Positions 28,396 to 32,000 of a DNA stretch of 32,000 bases are shown in pieces. The stretch covers positions 672,503-704,502 of the forward strand of contig NZ_CVPE01000006.1 in the NCBI RefSeq assembly GCF_001049895.1, written 5' to 3'. Numbering within the stretch: the stretch's first letter is position 1; each line of letters begins with the position of its first letter. The DNA is from Rubeoparvulum massiliense. Its GTDB lineage: Bacteria; Bacillota; Bacilli; Rubeoparvulales; Rubeoparvulaceae. The notes below the pieces were generated by a model, which ran no database searches, was not told the DNA's origin, and was given only the letters and a program-made list of their open reading frames with translations. The translations under genes and the position numbers were made by a program.

Positions 28396-28449
28396 GGGGG
28401 TCAGTCCCCCATTGCTTTAACACACTACCGCAACGGGGAACTGACCCCT
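28396..28449. repeat. Palindromic repeat copy B
   Basis: GGGGGTCAGTCCCCCATTGCTTTAACACACTACCGCAACGGGGAACTGACCCCT. Confidence 0.85.
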
Positions 28450-28930
28450 AGATAAATAGATTCACTTTGCCGTCTTCTGCATCTGCTAGATAAGCTGCTA
28501 CACCTGCAAACTCTAAGCCATCGATTAGTTCCTCTTCACGAATCCCCATCACATCCATGGACATGGTGCATGCCACCATCTTGATCTCTAAATCTCTGGC
28601 CATCTCCATCAATTGATTCAATGAAGCGATCTGTTTCTTCTTCATGACTGCTTTCATCATCCTAGCTCCTAAACCACCATAATTCATCTTGGACAAGCCT
28701 AGCTTTTCTGGACCGCGGGGCATCATTTTTTCGAACATTTTTTCAATCCAGGTTTTCTTCAGCTTCACCTGCTCTGGCTTCCGTAATAGATTGAGTCCCC
28801 AAAAGGTGAAAAACATGGTCACCTCTTTCCCCATGGCAGCAGCACCTGTACCAATGATGAAGCTGGCAATGGCCTTATCGAGATCGCCACTAAAAACAAC
28901 CAAGGTGGCCTTTTCGTTTGACGTATTCAA
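28448..28930 (-). CDS. DsrE/DsrF-like family protein (YrkE-like)
   Basis: VVFSGDLDKAIASFIIGTGAAAMGKEVTMFFTFWGLNLL...MVACTMSMDVMGI. Confidence 0.9.
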   Translation of the reverse strand: MNTSNEKATLVVFSGDLDKAIASFIIGTGAAAMGKEVTMFFTFWGLNLLRKPEQVKLKKTWIEKMFEKMMPRGPEKLGLSKMNYGGLGARMMKAVMKKKQIASLNQLMEMARDLEIKMVACTMSMDVMGIREEELIDGLEFAGVAAYLADAEDGKVNLFI

Positions 28931-28948
28931 TCATCATCTCCCCTTAAT

Positions 28949-29002
28949 GGGGTCAGTCCCCCGCCGCGTTAGCGCGTTAAATTAACGGGGGACTGACCCC
29001 CC
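28949..29002. repeat. Palindromic repeat copy C (15 bp perfect arms)
   Basis: GGGGTCAGTCCCCCGCCGCGTTAGCGCGTTAAATTAACGGGGGACTGACCCCCC. Confidence 0.9.
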
Positions 29003-29778
29003 TATAGAATATCCCACCAAATCTTTATTGTGGTGGCGAGTATTAATGTAGCTAAGATGCCTTGTAATACGCTGGTTTTGGTGCGCTTGCTCGCCCAAGC
29101 TCCCAGTGGTGTTGCTAACACGCTGGCAATCACCATGATGACAGCAGGTAGAAAGAGCACCTGACCGGTAACAACCTTGCCAACGGTGGCTCCGATGGAG
29201 GAGAGAAAGGTGACTGCTAAGGATGTAGCAATGGTGACACGCATGGGAATTTTCAGTACAACCAGCATCACAGGAACTAAGAGAAAGGCACCACCTGCTC
29301 CAACCACCCCTGCTGCAGTTCCAATCATCAACGCTAATGTACTCGCTATCCCTTTAGAAAATTGCACTTGATCACCTGACTGATCCTCGCGCTCCTTACG
29401 CGGTAGCATCATCATAATGGCAGCCAGTGTAGCCATGATAGCATAGATGATATTGATCCCCCGCTCTGGCATAAATGTGGAGCCATACCCACCGATAAAG
29501 CTTCCAACGAGAATACTGATACCCATATAGATAATTAAACTGGTATTAAGATAACCACCCTTGCGATAGGCCCAGACACCAGTCAGCGCTGAAAAGAAGA
29601 CCTGTATTGCGGTAATCCCTGCTACTTCGTGGGGTGTAAATGCTAGTAATCCCAGCATGGGAGGAATGTAGAGAAGCATGGGGTACTTAATAATGGCTCC
29701 ACCAATACCTACCATTCCTGAGATAAATGAGCCGATAAATCCAATGAGAAAGATCGTTATAAAGAGTAAGGGTTCCAT
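29002..29778 (-). CDS. TauE/SafE family sulfite/sulfonate exporter
   Basis: SGMVGIGGAIIKYPMLLY and TAAGVVGAGGAFLLVPVM repeats typical of TauE/SafE. Confidence 0.92.
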   Translation of the reverse strand: MEPLLFITIFLIGFIGSFISGMVGIGGAIIKYPMLLYIPPMLGLLAFTPHEVAGITAIQVFFSALTGVWAYRKGGYLNTSLIIYMGISILVGSFIGGYGSTFMPERGINIIYAIMATLAAIMMMLPRKEREDQSGDQVQFSKGIASTLALMIGTAAGVVGAGGAFLLVPVMLVVLKIPMRVTIATSLAVTFLSSIGATVGKVVTGQVLFLPAVIMVIASVLATPLGAWASKRTKTSVLQGILATLILATTIKIWWDIL

Positions 29779-29799
29779 ATGGTTTCTCCTTATATTATA

Positions 29800-29854
29800 G
29801 GGGGTCTGACCCCCTGTGCGTTAACGCGTTAAATTAGTGGGGGACTGACCCCCC
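29800..29854. repeat. Palindromic repeat copy D, overlapping the 3' end of the MBL gene
   Basis: GGGGGTCTGACCCCCTGTGCGTTAACGCGTTAAATTAGTGGGGGACTGACCCCCC. Confidence 0.9.
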
Positions 29855-30979
29855 TATAGCACAACGATTCGGGCCAATCTCCAGCTCAGCCAATCGCTCC
29901 TCATCCACATGCTCAAGAACACCACGATTAATGGACACAATCTCTGTAAAATTAGGTGGCTTTACATGACTAGCCGATTCCTCCACCCTCTCCAAGAACG
30001 TCTCCTTATCGGTATTGAACATCTCCTGATTCCGCTGACGAATGGATCCTAAAGCTGCGCCAATATAGCCCTGTTCATTCATCTCTTCCTGTAGATTGGC
30101 ATAATGGGCTGGTAAAACTAAAACATCATCAGCGATCTCTGCAACCTTGGTATAGACGGTATCATAGAGCTGTTCTGCCCATTCCTGCACCTGACCTCCT
30201 AAATCGGGACGACCCAAGCCACTGATAAATATGGTATCCCCTGAGAAAAGCAGCTTCTGATTCAAGAAAAAGGAGACACTACCTGGGGTATGACCAGGGG
30301 TCTTTAAGGCGATCACTTCTAGCTCCGCCTGTTGAAACTGAATCTGCTCATGCTGCTCCAAAGGTTCAAATGGAAGAACAGCCCCTTCACTCTTCATCAG
30401 ATAGTAGGTTGCGCCAGTAAGCTGGGCTAAGGCTGGACCGCCAGAGATATGGTCCGCATGAAGATGAGAATCTGCAATCCGCGTAATCTTCACATTAAGC
30501 CGCTCTGCTACATCCAGATAGAACTGTGTAAATCGAGAAGGGTCGATGATTAACATTTCGTCACCAGAGATAACGAGGTAAGATAAGCAGCCTTTTCCCA
30601 CACGGATCACTTGATAAACCACCACATGGCCATCTTCATATACTTTCTTTTCATACAACTGCTCACTCCACTGCTTCATCCCACCTGCTAAATAGAAGAG
30701 ATTTTTATAGCCAGCTTCTGTAAGCTGTTCTGCCACAAAGATTGAGCTGCCTTCCTTCGCACAGGCGACGAGGATGGGTCCGTCTTGCGGAAGCTTTCCT
30801 TCCAGCTGATCCACACCATCCAAAAGCTCAAAGTATGGAATATTGAGGGAAGTGAAATACTTTCCTTCAATTCGCCAATTCTCATATTCCTCACCATTGC
30901 GAACATCTAGAATAAAAAGTTGCTCACCATCGACCAACCGCTGTGTCACTTCCGCCGCTGTCATCGCATGAATACTCAT
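29834..30979 (-). CDS. Rhodanese-MBL fold fusion (persulfide dioxygenase-like; cf. YrkH/CstB functional class)
   Basis: N-terminal rhodanese (VACAKEGSSIF) and ETHE1-like MBL core (DSHLHADHISGG, HTPGHTPGSVSFF, LFSGDTIFISGLGRPDLGG). Confidence 0.9.
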   Translation of the reverse strand: MSIHAMTAAEVTQRLVDGEQLFILDVRNGEEYENWRIEGKYFTSLNIPYFELLDGVDQLEGKLPQDGPILVACAKEGSSIFVAEQLTEAGYKNLFYLAGGMKQWSEQLYEKKVYEDGHVVVYQVIRVGKGCLSYLVISGDEMLIIDPSRFTQFYLDVAERLNVKITRIADSHLHADHISGGPALAQLTGATYYLMKSEGAVLPFEPLEQHEQIQFQQAELEVIALKTPGHTPGSVSFFLNQKLLFSGDTIFISGLGRPDLGGQVQEWAEQLYDTVYTKVAEIADDVLVLPAHYANLQEEMNEQGYIGAALGSIRQRNQEMFNTDKETFLERVEESASHVKPPNFTEIVSINRGVLEHVDEERLAELEIGPNRCAIGGSVPH

Positions 30980-31010
30980 CCATACCCCTCCTTCGATTCT
31001 TGAAAAAATC

Positions 31011-31580
31011 TTATAGCCTTTCTACAGGCCCTTGCCATTGGGACATTCCTGGAATTACATTCTTCACCTTGGTAATGCCCTTTTCTTGGAGAAGCTGACA
31101 AGCATAGTCGCTACGATTGCCTGTTCGGCAGATGAGATAATATTCTTCATCCTTGGAAAATTGATTTAGATTATCTTCTAATTGGTGATAAGGAATTAAA
31201 AAGGCACCCGGAATATGGCCAAAAGCAAACTCCGCAGGCTCACGGACATCGATGATCTTGATGTTTGCGTTTTCATTGAGCTTCTGTAGAAGTTCATCAT
31301 TATGAATTACTTGGGTGAACGTTGTCTCTTCCTTACGTTCATTGAGATTTGCCTTGCGAAGATAATGTTTTAACACACCATCCTCATCTAAACTCCCGAG
31401 ATAATGGTGACCTGTGGTCTTAGCAAAACCTTGAATATCTGCCAATGATCCTCGGTCAGTTGCTTGCACCTCTAATACCTGGCCTGCTTCCAACCCTTCC
31501 AATGCTTTTTTCGTCTTTACAATTGGCATTGGACATGATAAACCCTTGGCATCCACAATCTGATCCACAACAATGCTCAT
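31011..31580 (-). CDS. TusA-rhodanese fusion sulfurtransferase (YrkF/CstA-like)
   Basis: TusA motif GLSCPMPIVKTKKAL then rhodanese loop YYLICRTGNRSDYACQLL. Confidence 0.92.
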   Translation of the reverse strand: MSIVVDQIVDAKGLSCPMPIVKTKKALEGLEAGQVLEVQATDRGSLADIQGFAKTTGHHYLGSLDEDGVLKHYLRKANLNERKEETTFTQVIHNDELLQKLNENANIKIIDVREPAEFAFGHIPGAFLIPYHQLEDNLNQFSKDEEYYLICRTGNRSDYACQLLQEKGITKVKNVIPGMSQWQGPVERL

Positions 31581-31603
31581 CCCAATATTCCTCCATTTCT
31601 AAT

Positions 31604-31620
31604 ATACCCATAGGGGTAAT
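31604..31620. promoter_or_regulatory. Candidate CsoR/CstR-family operator (ATACCCATAGGGGTAAT)
   Basis: TACCC-ATA-GGGGTA quasi-palindrome placed just downstream of the promoter and upstream of the TusA-rhodanese gene. Confidence 0.7.
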
Positions 31621-31633
31621 CGTGTTAATTTGG

Positions 31634-31662
31634 ATTATATTCGCTCACTTTCCAAATGTCAA
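31634..31662 (-). promoter_or_regulatory. Sigma-A promoter TTGACA-17-TATAAT
   Basis: Minus-strand TTGACA (31662-31657), 17 bp spacer, TATAAT (31639-31634). Confidence 0.9.
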
Positions 31663-31820
31663 CTATTATAGATTATGGCTATTCATGTAATTTGAACCTT
31701 CTTTTCCTATCTGAAGAACTGCACCTTCTTCATTGGTTAGGAACATTTACCTAGATCATGAGCTTCGTCACAGCAGGGTTGGAGATGAGGGTTAACGACC
31801 ACATGTGAACAATAAAAAAA

Positions 31821-31845
31821 GCAGGAGAATAATATATTCTCCTGC
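31821..31845 (-). terminator. Rho-independent terminator of upstream minus-strand gene
   Basis: GCAGGAGAA...TTCTCCTGC followed by T7 on minus strand. Confidence 0.85.
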
Positions 31846-31940
31846 CTAACGATGAGTTGATCAAAGAGCTGACTGTTCTATGGATCCGTAAATCAATCCA
31901 TTCAATCATCAATTTAACTTTCTATAAGACTGAACTCCTA

Positions 31941-32000
31941 TTAACCCCTTTGGTAACGCACGATGGGCTTCCGAGCAGCGGTCACTTCATCTAAGCGACC
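31941..32000 (-). CDS. C-terminal fragment of a protein running off the right edge, possibly glycine dehydrogenase subunit 2 (GcvPB)
   Basis: Minus reading ...GRLDEVTAARKPIVRYQRG*; resembles a GcvPB C-terminus from memory only. Confidence 0.4.
   Translation of the reverse strand, partial: GRLDEVTAARKPIVRYQRG

Noticed and set aside
28270-29860. CRISPR array
   Set aside because: Repeats are palindromic, irregularly spaced by whole genes, and have no short unique spacers.
1-32000. A novel defence, BGC or phage module
   Set aside because: Apart from the IS605-family element and the decayed ABC exporter, the genes belong to recognisable housekeeping, sporulation, repair and sulfur families. I could not support a new multi-gene system.

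Overview
32 kb chromosomal window from a spore-forming Bacillota/Bacilli-type genome (spore photoproduct lyase, YjcZ-type peptide, YheC/D ATP-grasp). Most of it is housekeeping. It holds a yqhO/P/Q - aroQ - Xaa-Pro peptidase - efp neighbourhood with an S8 protease and a cytochrome c lipoprotein, then splB, csp, panD and a B12-dependent ribonucleotide reductase. It also holds a Mn/Zn/Fe-type ABC importer, the MrfA/MrfB (YprA/YprB) DNA-repair pair, and a persulfide/sulfane-sulfur operon (TusA-rhodanese, rhodanese-MBL, TauE, DsrE). I found no convincing new defence system. The strongest observations are: (1) an IS200/IS605-family element whose ends I place at 20752-22435. Removing it restores an uninterrupted 238-aa ABC ATPase reading frame with a TTAC target site. 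It carries an intact TnpB, an omegaRNA-type right end and a decayed TnpA. (2) The ABC-2 permease genes next to that ATPase carry several independent lesions. (3) Four copies or partial copies of a GGGGTCAGTCCCC palindromic repeat sit in the sulfur-gene intergenic regions, and one supplies the stop codon and C-terminal residues of a neighbouring gene. (4) Three well-placed regulatory sites: tandem NrdR boxes 31 bp apart upstream of nrdJ, a Fur-like box filling the -35/-10 spacer of the metal importer, and a CsoR/CstR-like operator just after a perfect sigma-A promoter on the sulfur operon. (5) A signal-peptide frameshift in an NlpC/P60 gene. (6) A divergent pair of M3 oligoendopeptidase paralogues.
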